Notes: generated by a model not told the origin, from the sequence alone. Shown: positions 1 through 10,464, numbered from the stretch's first letter. The stretch is DNA of 64,000 nt from an uncultured Sandaracinaceae bacterium (GCA_964495565.1 CAZBWQ010000001.1:52166-116165), one strand, 5' to 3'. Program-made: numbers and translations.

Positions 1-163
1 CCCTGCAGTGACAGATCTTGGCGTCGACCGGGTCGGCGCGGACTTCGTATCGCACGCGCCCGCAATGACACCGTGCGCGATACTTGGCGACGAACCTCAC
101 ATCGTCAGGCGAGGCGTAGCTCGGGCCGAAATCGAGTGATTCGTGGTTCCTGTCGACTGTCAA
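1..163 (-). CDS. GFA/CENP-V family protein, N-terminal fragment (gene runs off the left edge)
   Basis: Hand translation of the minus strand from TTG at 163, with GGAGG 7 nt upstream, gives LTVDRNHESLDFGPSYASPDDVRFVAKYRARCHCGRVRYEVRADPVDAKICHCR. The CHCG...CHC cysteine pattern is typical of the GFA zinc fold. It is absent from the ORF track because it has no stop codon in the window. Confidence 0.5.
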   Translation of the reverse strand, partial: MTVDRNHESLDFGPSYASPDDVRFVAKYRARCHCGRVRYEVRADPVDAKICHCR

Positions 164-279
164 AATCAAACCTCCGCGAAGGCATGAGCGCCAAGAAAGC
201 CAGAGCCTACCGAAGGTCCGGCCGAGGCCCCAAGCTCCTCGTATCGTTTCGACGTCGGCCGTGGTATCCCTGCCGGACG

Positions 280-1974
280 ATGATCCTCCTGAATCCCAAG
301 AAGCACGACCGTTCCTATTCCGACCCTCGGTCCCGCGAGGTGATGCTCAAGACCATCGAGTTCTTCGAGCGGAAAGGCAAGGCTCGCATCAAGGACGACT
401 ATCACGCGAAGGTTTGGTACGCCGATTTCCTCGATTTCGTCAAAGAGGAAAGCATCTTCGCCACGATGTGCACGCCACAGGGCTACGGCGCCGAAGATTC
501 GCGTTGGGACACCTGGCGGATTTGCGAGTTCGCCGAGATCCTCGGCTTTTATGGTCTGCAGTACTGGTACACCTGGCAGGTCTCGGTGCTCGGGCTCGGG
601 CCGATCTGGATGAGCCACAACGAGGCGATCAAGAAGCGCGCTGCCGACGCGCTCGCGCGTGGGGGCATCTTCGCGTTTGGCCTCTCGGAAAAAGAGCACG
701 GAGCCGACGTGTATTCGTCCGAAATGACGCTCACGCCCCGAGGCGAGGGGCACTACACGGCGCGCGGGGGCAAGTACTACATCGGCAATGGCAACGAGGC
801 GGCCATCGTCTCCACCTTCGGCAAGCTCGCAGACTCCGGAGAGTATGTGTTTTTCGCCGTGGATTCGCAGCACGACAAGTATCACTTGATCAAGAACGTG
901 TGCGCCAGCCAGAACTACGTCTCGCAATACGAGCTCGAAGACTACCCGATCACCGAAGCCGACATCATCGCTCGAGGCGAGCACGCTTGGAACAGCGCGC
1001 TCAATACGGTCAACATCGGCAAGTACAACCTGGGTTGGGCTTCGATCGGGATGTGTACCCACTCGCTCTACGAAGCGATCCGTCACGCGGCCAACCGACG
1101 CTTGTACGGCATGTACGTGACCGATTTCCCTCATGTGAAACAGATGTTCGTCGACGCCTACGCGCGACTCTTGGCCATGAAGCTGTTCGCGCTTCGCGCG
1201 GCGGACTACATGCGCGTCGCTTCACCCGAAGATCGCCGCTACCTGCTTTACAATCCGATGGTGAAGATGAAGGTGACCACGCAGGGCGAGGACGTCATGA
1301 ATCTGCTCTGGGACGTCATCGCGGCGAAGGGATTCGAAAAGGACATGTACTTCGAGCAGGCGGCCGTGGACATTCGCGCCCTGCCCAAGCTCGAGGGCAC
1401 GGTGCACGTGAACATCGCGCTCATCGTGAAGTTCATGGCGAGCTACTTCTTTGCCCCGGCCGACTACGCCGACGTCCCGCGGCAAGACCAAGCCGTCAAT
1501 GACGACTTTCTGTTCGACCAGGGCCCGACGAAGGGCCTCAGCAAGATTCGATTTCACGACTATCGCATCGCATACGAGAGTCGGGACACGCCGAATCTGC
1601 GGGTCTTCCGCGAGCAGATCGAGGCGTTCAAGAAGATGCTCATGGCGTCGCCTCCCGACGAGGCGCAGCGAAAGGACATCGACTTCCTTCTGGCCGGGGG
1701 GGAGATCTTCGCATTGGTCGTGTACGGGCAGCTCATCTTGGAGAACGCCAAGATCTACGACGTGTCCGACGACCTCGTGGATCAAATCTTCGACTTCATG
1801 GTCCGCGACTTCTCCCGCCACGCGCTCAACCTCTACTCGAAGCCCTCGAGCAACGACACGCAGATGGCCTGTTGTCTGGAGATGATCCGGAAGCCCGTTT
1901 CGGACGAAGCCCGCTACGATCGGGTCTGGCAGCAGGTGCACGACCTCAGGGACGAGTACGAAATGAGCCCCTGA
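280..1974 (+). CDS. acyl-CoA dehydrogenase family protein (long form)
   Basis: Frame of ORF 73..1974. The first ATG with a plausible N-terminus is at 280 (MILLNPKK). It carries ACAD-like motifs (GLSEKEHGADV, YYIGNGNEAAI) and consistent GC3 bias. Confidence 0.85.
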   Translation: MILLNPKKHDRSYSDPRSREVMLKTIEFFERKGKARIKDDYHAKVWYADFLDFVKEESIFATMCTPQGYGAEDSRWDTWRICEFAEILGFYGLQYWYTWQVSVLGLGPIWMSHNEAIKKRAADALARGGIFAFGLSEKEHGADVYSSEMTLTPRGEGHYTARGGKYYIGNGNEAAIVSTFGKLADSGEYVFFAVDSQHDKYHLIKNVCASQNYVSQYELEDYPITEADIIARGEHAWNSALNTVNIGKYNLGWASIGMCTHSLYEAIRHAANRRLYGMYVTDFPHVKQMFVDAYARLLAMKLFALRAADYMRVASPEDRRYLLYNPMVKMKVTTQGEDVMNLLWDVIAAKGFEKDMYFEQAAVDIRALPKLEGTVHVNIALIVKFMASYFFAPADYADVPRQDQAVNDDFLFDQGPTKGLSKIRFHDYRIAYESRDTPNLRVFREQIEAFKKMLMASPPDEAQRKDIDFLLAGGEIFALVVYGQLILENAKIYDVSDDLVDQIFDFMVRDFSRHALNLYSKPSSNDTQMACCLEMIRKPVSDEARYDRVWQQVHDLRDEYEMSP

Positions 1975-2090
1975 GGCGTCGGGACGCTGCGGGCATTGGA
2001 TGGAGGCCGTGCAGCCTCATCGGCCCTGATCCACGCACCTTCTGCCTCCGACGTTGCAAGTTCGCCCACCCAGACTAGAGGGAAGCTGGC

Positions 2091-3893
2091 ATGTGCGGGA
2101 TTGCGGGCCTGGTTCACCTGGATGGTCGGAGCGCCGAGGCGGCGGTCGCCGGCCGCATGAGCGAAACCATTGCGCATCGCGGCCCGGACGGCCACGGCGC
2201 ATTCGAGGAGGGCGCGGTCGCATTTGCGCACCGGCGGCTCAGCATCATCGACATCGAGGGTGGGGCGCAGCCGATGGAATCGTCCACGGGGCGCACGGTG
2301 ATTTGCTACAACGGCGAGGTCTACAACTCACCCGCCCTTCGCGAGCGGCTTCAGGGGCTCGGTTACGAGTTTCGCACCCGAAGCGACACCGAGGTGATTC
2401 TCGCCGCCTACGAGCGTTGGGGCGCCCAGGGCTTCGCGGAGCTTCACGGGATGTATGCCTTTGCGCTTTACGACCGGGCGGAGCGCGCCGTGTTCCTCGT
2501 GCGTGATCCGATGGGCATCAAGCCGCTCTACGTGTGCGAGCGCGACGGCACGGTCTTCTTCGCCTCGGAGATCAAGGCGATTCGCGCCGTCGTGCACGGG
2601 CTTTCGCTCGATCCGCGATCGGTGAACGCCTTTTTTCTGAGGCAGTACATCGGCGGGCCGGCGACGATCTTCGAAGGCGTGCAGAGCATCGAGCCCGGCA
2701 CCTACCGCCGGCTCCGTTGGAGCGGCGAGGGCGAGCGGACGACCGAGCAGCCTTTTTATCGGATGCCCGTGGAGCGGCCCCGGCCGATCTCGCTTTCTCA
2801 CGCGAGCGAAACGCTCGACCGAGAGCTTCATCGCGCGGTCGAAGACCACATGCTGAGCGACGTGCCCGTCGGTTTGTTCTTGTCCGGGGGCCTCGATTCG
2901 AGCCTCCTGCTTGCGCTTGCATCCGACGTCACGACGGAGCCTTTGAGCACGTTTTCGGTGGGCTTTGGAGACGCGCGCGTCGACGAGACCGAATACGCAC
3001 GCTTCGTGGCGGAGTCGGTCGGGGCGAAGCATCACGAGCTTCGCGTGGCGGCCGAAGAGGGCCTCTCGGTGCTTCCTCACATCGTCGAGCAGATGGATCA
3101 GCCGCTCGCCGACTACGCGGTCGTGCCGACCTACGTGATGAGCCGCTTCGCAGCGGAGCACGTGAAGGTGGTCTTGAGCGGGGAGGGCGCCGACGAGCTC
3201 TTCGGAGGCTATCGGAATCGCTACCTGCCACAACTTCTGACGGCCCCATTCGGCCGCCACCTGGCGCCCCGAAACGTCTACGGCCCCCTGCTCTTCATGG
3301 AGCGGTCGCGCCGCCGCCTTCTCGGACCGCGTTACCTGTCCTCGAAGTCACTTCCGAGCGAGCAACGGCTCCGCGCCGATCTGCGGCGTTTTCTTCCGGG
3401 TGGCACGTTGAACGCCGCCCTCCACACGGACCTTCACAACTGGTTGGTCGATGACCTGCTCATGAAGGTCGACAAGATGGGGATGCTCGCCTCGCTCGAG
3501 GCCCGGGTGCCGTACCTCGACCGTGGCGTGGTCGAGCTGGTCTCGGCCTGGCCCGCGAACGTGAAGCTCAATCTCCGGTCGACCAAGCGCGTGGTCCGAA
3601 CGCTCGTCGGCCGACGATTCCCAGAGTCGATCGCAAAACGCGGCAAGCAGGGGTTCACGGTGCCGGTGGGGCAGTGGTTTCGTGATGGGCTTCGAGCGGA
3701 GCTCGAGGCCCGCGTGTTCGCGGGCGGCCCGATCGACGAATGGGTCGAGCGCGGGGCCGTCGAGGCGCTTTGGAACGATCACCAGCGCGGCCGGGATCGA
3801 TCCCTTTTGCTCTGGTCGATCTTCGTTTTTGCCTGGTGGCTCGATACGCACGGCGTGGGCACCTCGACGCCTCGATCAGCCGCCCGCGTTTGA
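2091..3893 (+). CDS. asnB: asparagine synthase (glutamine-hydrolysing) family amidotransferase
   Basis: The N-terminal MCGI catalytic Cys2 matches a class II glutamine amidotransferase. The SGGLDSS PP-loop is present (FLSGGLDSSLL). Length is 600 aa. Confidence 0.9.
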   Translation: MCGIAGLVHLDGRSAEAAVAGRMSETIAHRGPDGHGAFEEGAVAFAHRRLSIIDIEGGAQPMESSTGRTVICYNGEVYNSPALRERLQGLGYEFRTRSDTEVILAAYERWGAQGFAELHGMYAFALYDRAERAVFLVRDPMGIKPLYVCERDGTVFFASEIKAIRAVVHGLSLDPRSVNAFFLRQYIGGPATIFEGVQSIEPGTYRRLRWSGEGERTTEQPFYRMPVERPRPISLSHASETLDRELHRAVEDHMLSDVPVGLFLSGGLDSSLLLALASDVTTEPLSTFSVGFGDARVDETEYARFVAESVGAKHHELRVAAEEGLSVLPHIVEQMDQPLADYAVVPTYVMSRFAAEHVKVVLSGEGADELFGGYRNRYLPQLLTAPFGRHLAPRNVYGPLLFMERSRRRLLGPRYLSSKSLPSEQRLRADLRRFLPGGTLNAALHTDLHNWLVDDLLMKVDKMGMLASLEARVPYLDRGVVELVSAWPANVKLNLRSTKRVVRTLVGRRFPESIAKRGKQGFTVPVGQWFRDGLRAELEARVFAGGPIDEWVERGAVEALWNDHQRGRDRSLLLWSIFVFAWWLDTHGVGTSTPRSAARV

Positions 3894-3940
3894 CAGCGCA
3901 CGGCGCCAAAGTATAGGGCCCACTCGGTGTGGCCCCCTCG

Positions 3941-5215
3941 ATGACCGATGAGCTCCGAACTCGCGATGACGCTTTCCCGTCCGATCGTGACAAAGATTGG
4001 TTTCGCCACACGTGGTTCGTGTTGGGTCCCTTCCCCGTGCTTTCGCAGACCTTCATCTACAGGGAGCTCGAAGCGATGCACGAGCTCGGTCTGGACGTGC
4101 ACGTGCTCTCGACCGGACCTCGGCAGCCCGAGGACACCAAGCTCAGCGAGACGTTGCGCGCCGTGCAGAGGGCCGCGCTGCATCTCGAATATCGCTCTCC
4201 CCGCGAGATCGCATCGATTGCGGCCGGGCTCGCTTCCGGTCGTGCCCGTCGAACGATGCGGTGGATGATGGCGTTTCCCCATCGGACGCCGGCCAAACGC
4301 GCCAGGGCGGCGGCGGCCGTTCTGATCGCAGCCCATTTCGCGCCCGAGCTCGAACGACGGGGCATTCGCTACGTCCACAGCCAGTTTGCGGGTTTCCAAA
4401 CCGAGATCGCGATGAGCCTCTCGCACCTGCTCGGCATTCCATACGGGTGCACTTGGCATGCTTACGGCATTTATCGCGATCGCAACATTCTGGAGCACAA
4501 GATCGCGGGCGCCCGCACTGTGATCACTTGCACCCAGCACAACGCCGAGCATCTTCGGTCGCTCTGCCCCGATGCGCAGCATCGCATCCACCTTGCCTAC
4601 CACGGGCTCGATCTCGGTCGCATTCCGTCGCCTACACCGATTTCCGAAGATGAGCCGGTCGTCGTGTTGGCGGTCGGGCGCCTGGTCGCGAAGAAGGGGT
4701 TCGAATACCTGATCGACGCAGCGGGCCTGTTGCACCGCGAAGGTTGCCAGCTCGAGGTGCGGCTCATTGGGGACGGACCCGATCGATCACGCCTCGAGTC
4801 GCGAGCGCATCAGCTCGGGATCGGCGACGAGGTGAAATTCCTCGGCGCGCAGCCCAATGCTGAGGTCTTCGCGCAGATGGCCGCGGCCCGCGTGATCGCC
4901 GTTCCCTCGGTCGTGACCGCCGAAGGCGACATGGACGGCTTGCCCAACGTCGTTCTCGAGGCGCTGAGCATGGGCCGGCCGATCGTCGGAAGTCGCGTTT
5001 CCGGAATCCCCGAGGTCGTCGTCGATGGCGAGACTGGGTTTCTGGTCGAGCCACGAAATGCCGACGAGCTCGGCGCCAAGCTTCGTCTGTTGCTCGAGGA
5101 TCCATCCCTCGCATCCGAGCTCGGAGCCCACGGTCGCGAGCGCATTCAACGAGATTTCGACATTCACACGAACGTCCGCCGGGTGATCGAGGCCATCACG
5201 AGGGCTTCGTCGTGA
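3941..5215 (+). CDS. glycosyltransferase family 4 (WcaL-like)
   Basis: ORF 3929..5215 (GTG at 3929, ATG at 3941). The C-terminal GT4 E-x7-E region is present (EGDMDGLPNVVLEALSMGRPIVGSRVSGIPEVV). Confidence 0.85.
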   Translation: MTDELRTRDDAFPSDRDKDWFRHTWFVLGPFPVLSQTFIYRELEAMHELGLDVHVLSTGPRQPEDTKLSETLRAVQRAALHLEYRSPREIASIAAGLASGRARRTMRWMMAFPHRTPAKRARAAAAVLIAAHFAPELERRGIRYVHSQFAGFQTEIAMSLSHLLGIPYGCTWHAYGIYRDRNILEHKIAGARTVITCTQHNAEHLRSLCPDAQHRIHLAYHGLDLGRIPSPTPISEDEPVVVLAVGRLVAKKGFEYLIDAAGLLHREGCQLEVRLIGDGPDRSRLESRAHQLGIGDEVKFLGAQPNAEVFAQMAAARVIAVPSVVTAEGDMDGLPNVVLEALSMGRPIVGSRVSGIPEVVVDGETGFLVEPRNADELGAKLRLLLEDPSLASELGAHGRERIQRDFDIHTNVRRVIEAITRASS

Positions 5216-5248
5216 TGGAGTCGGCGTCCGAGCCCGTGTGCCGAGAGC

Positions 5249-6700
5249 TCAGCGCGTGTCGACGCTGGGACTGACGGGGCTTCGACCGAGGCGCCGAAAA
5301 ACGGTGATGGATGCGGCGTATGCCAGCAGAGTCACGACGGCGACGATCGCAATGCGGGCCCACCAGTACGGGACCGCGGTCGAGATGGCCGATTCGACGG
5401 CGAGGCCGACGAGCGCTGCGGAGGCGGTGGCGGTCAGGGGAGCGACCAGGGATCGCCCGTACCGACTTGGGTCCAAAGAGAGCCTCTGTGCCGAAGCCCA
5501 GGCAGCGAGCGGGATGAGGATGGGGTACACCCCCAGCCAACCGACGGCGAGCGCGAAGGCTCCTTCATCGACTCCGATTGCCCACAGAGCCAGTGCGAGG
5601 CAAACGGCGAGGACTGCGACGGAAGTGACCCCGAAGCGGAAAGTCAGCGACGACATGCCCGAAGCATTGAACATGTCTGGAAAGAGCTGGAACAGCACGC
5701 GGAGCGCTGCGGCTGCTGCCAAGGCCTGCGTCGGCGCCGCCGCCGCCGCGTACTCTCCGGACTGGAACACCGCGGTGATGTCGACGGCCGACGCGATGAT
5801 CACTGCGCCCACCGCCCCCATCAGAACCGCCAGCTTGGCCGAGGTCGTGATGAAGAGCTCGGTCAGCTCGGAGCCGCGAAGTCGCGACATCACCGGCAGG
5901 GCGGTCCGGTTCAACACGTTTGCGATCGCCATCGCAGGCATCATCGCGATGTCGTAGGCGACCCGGTAGATGCCCACGACACCAGGGCCCGTGAGCGCAC
6001 CGAGGACCAGGTAGTCCATGTTCTGAAACGCTTCGAGAGTGAGCCTCTCGCCCGTGATCCACTTTCCGAAGTTCAGAAATCCACGGATCTCACGGAGCTG
6101 CAAACGAAGACGCGGCCAGAAAGGCTCGGCGAGCATGGCGCCGATCCAGAGAAAGAACGCATACATGGTCTGCGCCACCAGAAGAGCCCACGCGCCGAAG
6201 CCGGTTGCGGCAAGGACGACGCGCGCGATCGCTCCCAAGGCCGTGGCGCCGGTGCTGACGCCCGCGATGGCCGCGAACTGAAGCTTTCGATTGAGGAGCT
6301 GAATCGGTACTTCCGCCCAGACCAAGAACAGCATCTTGAGGGCGCTCGGAATCAACAAGAGCCCGAGCTCGGGCTGTTGTAGAAACGGTCCGATCAACGG
6401 ACCGGCCGCGACCGCCGCGGCGCCGAGCGCGATGGTGGTCAGCGTCATCGTCCAGAACACCGTGTCGAGTTGATCGCGCGACACCTCGTCCGCTTGAAGA
6501 ATCGCGACGCCGAGGCCGAGGCGGCATACGGCTTCGAGCCCCATCCCGATCGCCCACGCGACCGTGGCGGTACCCACCTCTTCTTTGGTCAGAAAGAAGA
6601 GGACCGTGATCGTCGCGGCCACGTCGACGATGCGACCGATCGCGGCGCCGGTCCCGAGCCAGACGAGTCCGCGCTTGAGTTGCTTTTGGGCTTCGGTCAT
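5249..6700 (-). CDS. polysaccharide/oligosaccharide flippase (MOP/Wzx superfamily)
   Basis: 483-aa polytopic hydrophobic protein. The N-terminus (KRGLVWLGTGAAIGRIVDVAATI) is typical of the Polysacc_synt family. Confidence 0.8.
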   Translation of the reverse strand: MTEAQKQLKRGLVWLGTGAAIGRIVDVAATITVLFFLTKEEVGTATVAWAIGMGLEAVCRLGLGVAILQADEVSRDQLDTVFWTMTLTTIALGAAAVAAGPLIGPFLQQPELGLLLIPSALKMLFLVWAEVPIQLLNRKLQFAAIAGVSTGATALGAIARVVLAATGFGAWALLVAQTMYAFFLWIGAMLAEPFWPRLRLQLREIRGFLNFGKWITGERLTLEAFQNMDYLVLGALTGPGVVGIYRVAYDIAMMPAMAIANVLNRTALPVMSRLRGSELTELFITTSAKLAVLMGAVGAVIIASAVDITAVFQSGEYAAAAAPTQALAAAAALRVLFQLFPDMFNASGMSSLTFRFGVTSVAVLAVCLALALWAIGVDEGAFALAVGWLGVYPILIPLAAWASAQRLSLDPSRYGRSLVAPLTATASAALVGLAVESAISTAVPYWWARIAIVAVVTLLAYAASITVFRRLGRSPVSPSVDTR

Positions 6701-6710
6701 CCGCGCTGGC

Positions 6711-7958
6711 TCATCCGTGGATCCACTTTCCGGAAGAGATGCCGGTGGCGAGCCATTTCAGGCTGTCCCGCGCGCATTCGAGCGCGGACCACGGCTCTTC
6801 CCGAAGGGTGCTCGGGTACCGGGCCAGGCATTCCTCGAAGAACGCCTCGATTTTCGCCGCACGGCCGTCCCAGGTGAGCGTCGATGCCAGCTCTCGGCAC
6901 GCGAGGCCCAGCCGGACGAGTCGCTCATCGTCGGCGAGCAGGGCTCGAAGCTGGTGCTCCGCTTTCGTGGCGTCGCCGGGCGGAACCAGCCAGGCGTTTT
7001 CGTCGTGGACCAGTAGCTCCGCGGTGTCCGGAGTGGACGCCGCGAAGATCGGCCGTCCTGCGGCGAGATAGAGAAAGAGCTTCAGCGGCAACACCGTGTT
7101 GCCGACACGCTCGAGCGGAACGGAGCTCGGGGGGATCGTGAGGACGTCCGACGCGTAGAGGTAAGGCGCGATCGAAGAAGCGGTCTGCCACGGCTCGATA
7201 CGAACGTTCTCGCGTGCTTCGGCTTCCATCTCGATCGGCCCGCGACCCGTCGAGCCCACTAGCAAGAACAGCACCTCGGGCATTCGGTTCGCGAGGTCGA
7301 GAATGATGTCGAGGCCCTTCTTCTCGTTGATCCGGCCCGCGTAGGCGACGATGCGTCGATCGAGTGGAAGGTCGAGCTTCAGCCTTGCTTCCGATTTCGA
7401 CAAGATGGGCTCCATGCGGTTTGGGTCGAATCCGTTGTGCACGACTCGAAGCTTGGCGGCGGGGACTCCGAGACGCCGATACGAAAGGTAAGAATAGTGA
7501 GAGTGCACGACCAAACCCAAGAATCGAGGATGAGTCATGAAGCGGCGAAAGATCGGCTGAAGAGGAGGAAACTGATCTCCCCAGGGGCGGTAATGATCCA
7601 TCATCACGCGCTGGCCGGCCTGAAGCGAGCGCATCACGACCACCGGATTGCGGGCGTAGATGAAATCGGCCTCCGCGAACGATGGATGCTCCGGCAAGCG
7701 CATCGCATGATACAGATGCTGCACCGCGAGGTTCCGAGTGGCGCTGGGTGTCGCGTCGATGTGCAAGGGCGCGTCGATGCCGTAGTAGTCGAGTACGTCC
7801 CGTTCGAAGCTCGGCGAAAGATCGGGGGGAGCAGGGACCGCGAGGGTCACCTCGTGCTTACGCCTTGCGAGAGCTCCTGCCGTGTTGAGCACGACCTCCG
7901 CATCCGCCTGACTCGTCGGAAGGAGGTTCTCGTAGCTCATGAGGATCCGTCGCGGCAC
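6711..7958 (-). CDS. glycosyltransferase family 4
   Basis: GTG start at 7958 gives RRILMSYENLLP, a GT-B beta1 strand. The C-terminal half is GT4-like (GRINEKKGLD...LLVGS). Confidence 0.8.
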   Translation of the reverse strand: MPRRILMSYENLLPTSQADAEVVLNTAGALARRKHEVTLAVPAPPDLSPSFERDVLDYYGIDAPLHIDATPSATRNLAVQHLYHAMRLPEHPSFAEADFIYARNPVVVMRSLQAGQRVMMDHYRPWGDQFPPLQPIFRRFMTHPRFLGLVVHSHYSYLSYRRLGVPAAKLRVVHNGFDPNRMEPILSKSEARLKLDLPLDRRIVAYAGRINEKKGLDIILDLANRMPEVLFLLVGSTGRGPIEMEAEARENVRIEPWQTASSIAPYLYASDVLTIPPSSVPLERVGNTVLPLKLFLYLAAGRPIFAASTPDTAELLVHDENAWLVPPGDATKAEHQLRALLADDERLVRLGLACRELASTLTWDGRAAKIEAFFEECLARYPSTLREEPWSALECARDSLKWLATGISSGKWIHG

Positions 7959-7992
7959 CGGAGGGGATCTATCACGTCGAAGGCCGAGTGGC

Positions 7993-10464
7993 CTAGCTAC
8001 GCGCCGTGGTCCGCCTACCGAGCAAAATCATCACCGCAGGCATCGTCAACACGGCTGCGAGCAGACAGGTGACCTCGCTGATGGCCATGGCCAGTCCGAA
8101 GGAGTTCATCGCCTGGTTGGCGCTCACGTAGAGCGAGGTGTAACCGACGATGGTGGTCAGGGAGCAAAGCACCACTGCGCCCCCGGAGAGGCGCACCGCC
8201 GACAGGATGGGGTTGGGATTGCCTGCGGCCTGCTCCAAGCGGTACCGCCGCATCACGTTGATCGAGTAGTCCACGCCATTGCCGAACGTGATGGGAAACG
8301 CCACGAAGTTGAGGAAATTGAGCTTCATGCCGATGGCCGCCATCGTTCCCGCCATCCACACGATCCCCATCAAGAGCGCCATGATGCACAAGAAGCTGTC
8401 TCTCCAACGACGAAAAGAGACGAGCACCAAGATCAACGTCGCGAGAAACGCGGCGCTGATCGCCTTCGGCATGTCTTCGTACACGGCGCTGATCATGTCG
8501 GCGAAAACCGGCGCGCGTCCTGCCAGCGGGGGCCGCGTGCCTTCCGACGTCTGCAAGTCGCGAAGGGCGTTCGCCCACCTCACGAGGTAACGGCCGTCCC
8601 AGGTCGAAAACTCGTCGGACTCCTGGACCACCAGAATGCGACCCCGCGTGCCGTCCTTTTCGGAGAAGCGCATGGCGACTTCGTCGGGCAGGTCTTCCAT
8701 GGTGGGGACCTCGACGACTTCCGGCGGGATATTCTCGTCGATCTTCCGCACGGTTTCCTCGTCTTCGACCTTGTCGCGGATGTCGAGCGCGAGCTCCCGG
8801 ATCTCCTCGAGCAACGGGAGCTTCTCTTCGGTGTCCTTTGGAAGAAAGTCGGCGAGGGAGTGGTAACCGCCGTGAATCGACGGAGGCATCTCGTCGAGCT
8901 GAGCTTCCACCATCTTCAAGTCGTCGACCGAGTCGAGCAGCACGGCGATGCCGCGCCCCTGCTCGTGCGACGGCAGGATCTCGTTGACGCGCCACTGGAC
9001 CTGGCGCGCCTCGGAATGACCTTCCTCACGCACCGATCGAAGATTCCGGAAATCGTACTCGAACGGGTCCTCGATCACGGCATGGACGACGAACGCCACG
9101 GCGATCGCCGAAACGACGACCGACGACAGAGCCACGCCTCGCGGAATGCGGTTGGCGATGGCGGCAAACCCATCCGCGTAGCCGCCCAATCGTCGCTTGC
9201 TCTTCTTTTGGACGGGAAAGGGGCGGAAGCGCTCGTAGGCTGCGACGGCCGCGGGCAAGATCGTGATCGAGGCGATCCAGCAAAACACCATCCCGACACC
9301 CCCGATGATCCCGAAATCGCGAAAGCCGCGAAAATCCGTGATCATGAGCGAGCCATAGGCGAGGGCGGCGGCGCCCGATGCAATCATCGTCGCAAGCCAG
9401 GTGTTGGCATGGGATCGGAAGATGCTCTCCTGCACGTCACCGCCCCCACGCCGCTCCTCGAAGTAGCGCGAAAGCCAGATGATGTTGGGATTGACGCCGT
9501 TCCCGATGATGATGCTGCCCAAAAAGGCCGTCGAGGTATTGAGGGAGTCGACCGTCAGGTCGGCCACGGCAAAGCTGGCGAGGACGGGCGGGATCAGGCC
9601 TGCGCCGAGCAAAACCACCGCACGTGGCCGCCCGAAGAACACGACGATCAGCAACAGCACGGTGGCGACGGTGAGCGAGGTGGCCACGACCAACTCTTGG
9701 GCGATCGCTTGCTGTTCCTCCTCGGCGATGATCACCTCTCCAGAGAGCGTCACGCTGAGGTCCGACGCATAGGAGCTCGGGTCGAGCGCATCGATGGCGG
9801 TCTGGGTCCGCTCGATGACGCGTCCCGCCGCGTTCGCCTCGCTTCCGATTTCAGAGCGCACAAAGAGCGCGATGAGGTCGCCTCGTTCGTGTTGGTAGAA
9901 ACCATCGGGATACCGCTCGGACTTCTCTTCACCCCGCTCGGTCTCCGCTTCGAGCTCGTCCAACACGTCTTCGAGCGTTTCCCTTTCGCCTTCTTCTTCG
10001 AAGTCGATCCAAAAGGGATTGTTCTTGAGGATCTCCCGATCCCGTCGCTCTTCGAGCGCGTCCCTCAGTCGTTCGAGTAGGTCGAGCGGGGCATACAGAT
10101 GCTTGTGCTCGCGAACGAAATCGTCGTACGTGCCCACGTTCCAATCCACCACGCCGATTTCGTCGACCGGCAGTGCTTCGAGGCGCGCGGCGAGATCCCG
10201 AACGAAGCGCCGCATCGCCTCGACGTCGCCTGACGGAGACTGCACCGCGATGGTGAGCGCCGAGAGCCCGCGCACGCGGTCCTGGACCTTCTCGAGGTCC
10301 TGCACGCTCGGCCGCGTCTCGGGCAGCAGCGCGATGAGTCTGCTGTCGAGCCCGAGGTTCCTCGCGAAAAATATGGAGACGATGGAAATGACCAACGCCG
10401 CGAACAGGATCAGGAACGGCCGGCGAACCTGAAATCGCGCAAGACTCTCGAAAAATTCAGTCAT
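7993..10464 (-). CDS. MMPL/RND-superfamily exporter (HpnN-like lipid transporter)
   Basis: ORF 7993..10515, with the likely ATG at 10464 (MTEFFESLARFQVRRPFLILF). It shows two 6-TM bundles separated by large soluble domains, the typical MMPL/HpnN architecture. Confidence 0.8.
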   Translation of the reverse strand: MTEFFESLARFQVRRPFLILFAALVISIVSIFFARNLGLDSRLIALLPETRPSVQDLEKVQDRVRGLSALTIAVQSPSGDVEAMRRFVRDLAARLEALPVDEIGVVDWNVGTYDDFVREHKHLYAPLDLLERLRDALEERRDREILKNNPFWIDFEEEGERETLEDVLDELEAETERGEEKSERYPDGFYQHERGDLIALFVRSEIGSEANAAGRVIERTQTAIDALDPSSYASDLSVTLSGEVIIAEEEQQAIAQELVVATSLTVATVLLLIVVFFGRPRAVVLLGAGLIPPVLASFAVADLTVDSLNTSTAFLGSIIIGNGVNPNIIWLSRYFEERRGGGDVQESIFRSHANTWLATMIASGAAALAYGSLMITDFRGFRDFGIIGGVGMVFCWIASITILPAAVAAYERFRPFPVQKKSKRRLGGYADGFAAIANRIPRGVALSSVVVSAIAVAFVVHAVIEDPFEYDFRNLRSVREEGHSEARQVQWRVNEILPSHEQGRGIAVLLDSVDDLKMVEAQLDEMPPSIHGGYHSLADFLPKDTEEKLPLLEEIRELALDIRDKVEDEETVRKIDENIPPEVVEVPTMEDLPDEVAMRFSEKDGTRGRILVVQESDEFSTWDGRYLVRWANALRDLQTSEGTRPPLAGRAPVFADMISAVYEDMPKAISAAFLATLILVLVSFRRWRDSFLCIMALLMGIVWMAGTMAAIGMKLNFLNFVAFPITFGNGVDYSINVMRRYRLEQAAGNPNPILSAVRLSGGAVVLCSLTTIVGYTSLYVSANQAMNSFGLAMAISEVTCLLAAVLTMPAVMILLGRRTTARS

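Noticed and set aside
1975-2090. Intergenic regions inspected for tRNA, small RNA or riboswitch structures (also 19651..19736, 31500..31607, 43155..43261 and 56167..56271)
   Set aside because: I saw no cloverleaf-compatible arms and no recognisable riboswitch cores. Only short imperfect inverted repeats are present. Covariance-model tools would be needed to exclude ncRNAs.
7939-10080. 713-aa ORF on the plus strand
   Set aside because: It is entirely antisense to the MMPL/RND gene. Its composition is Arg/Gly/His/Asp-rich and low in complexity, with no recognisable motifs. This is a typical shadow ORF of GC-rich DNA.
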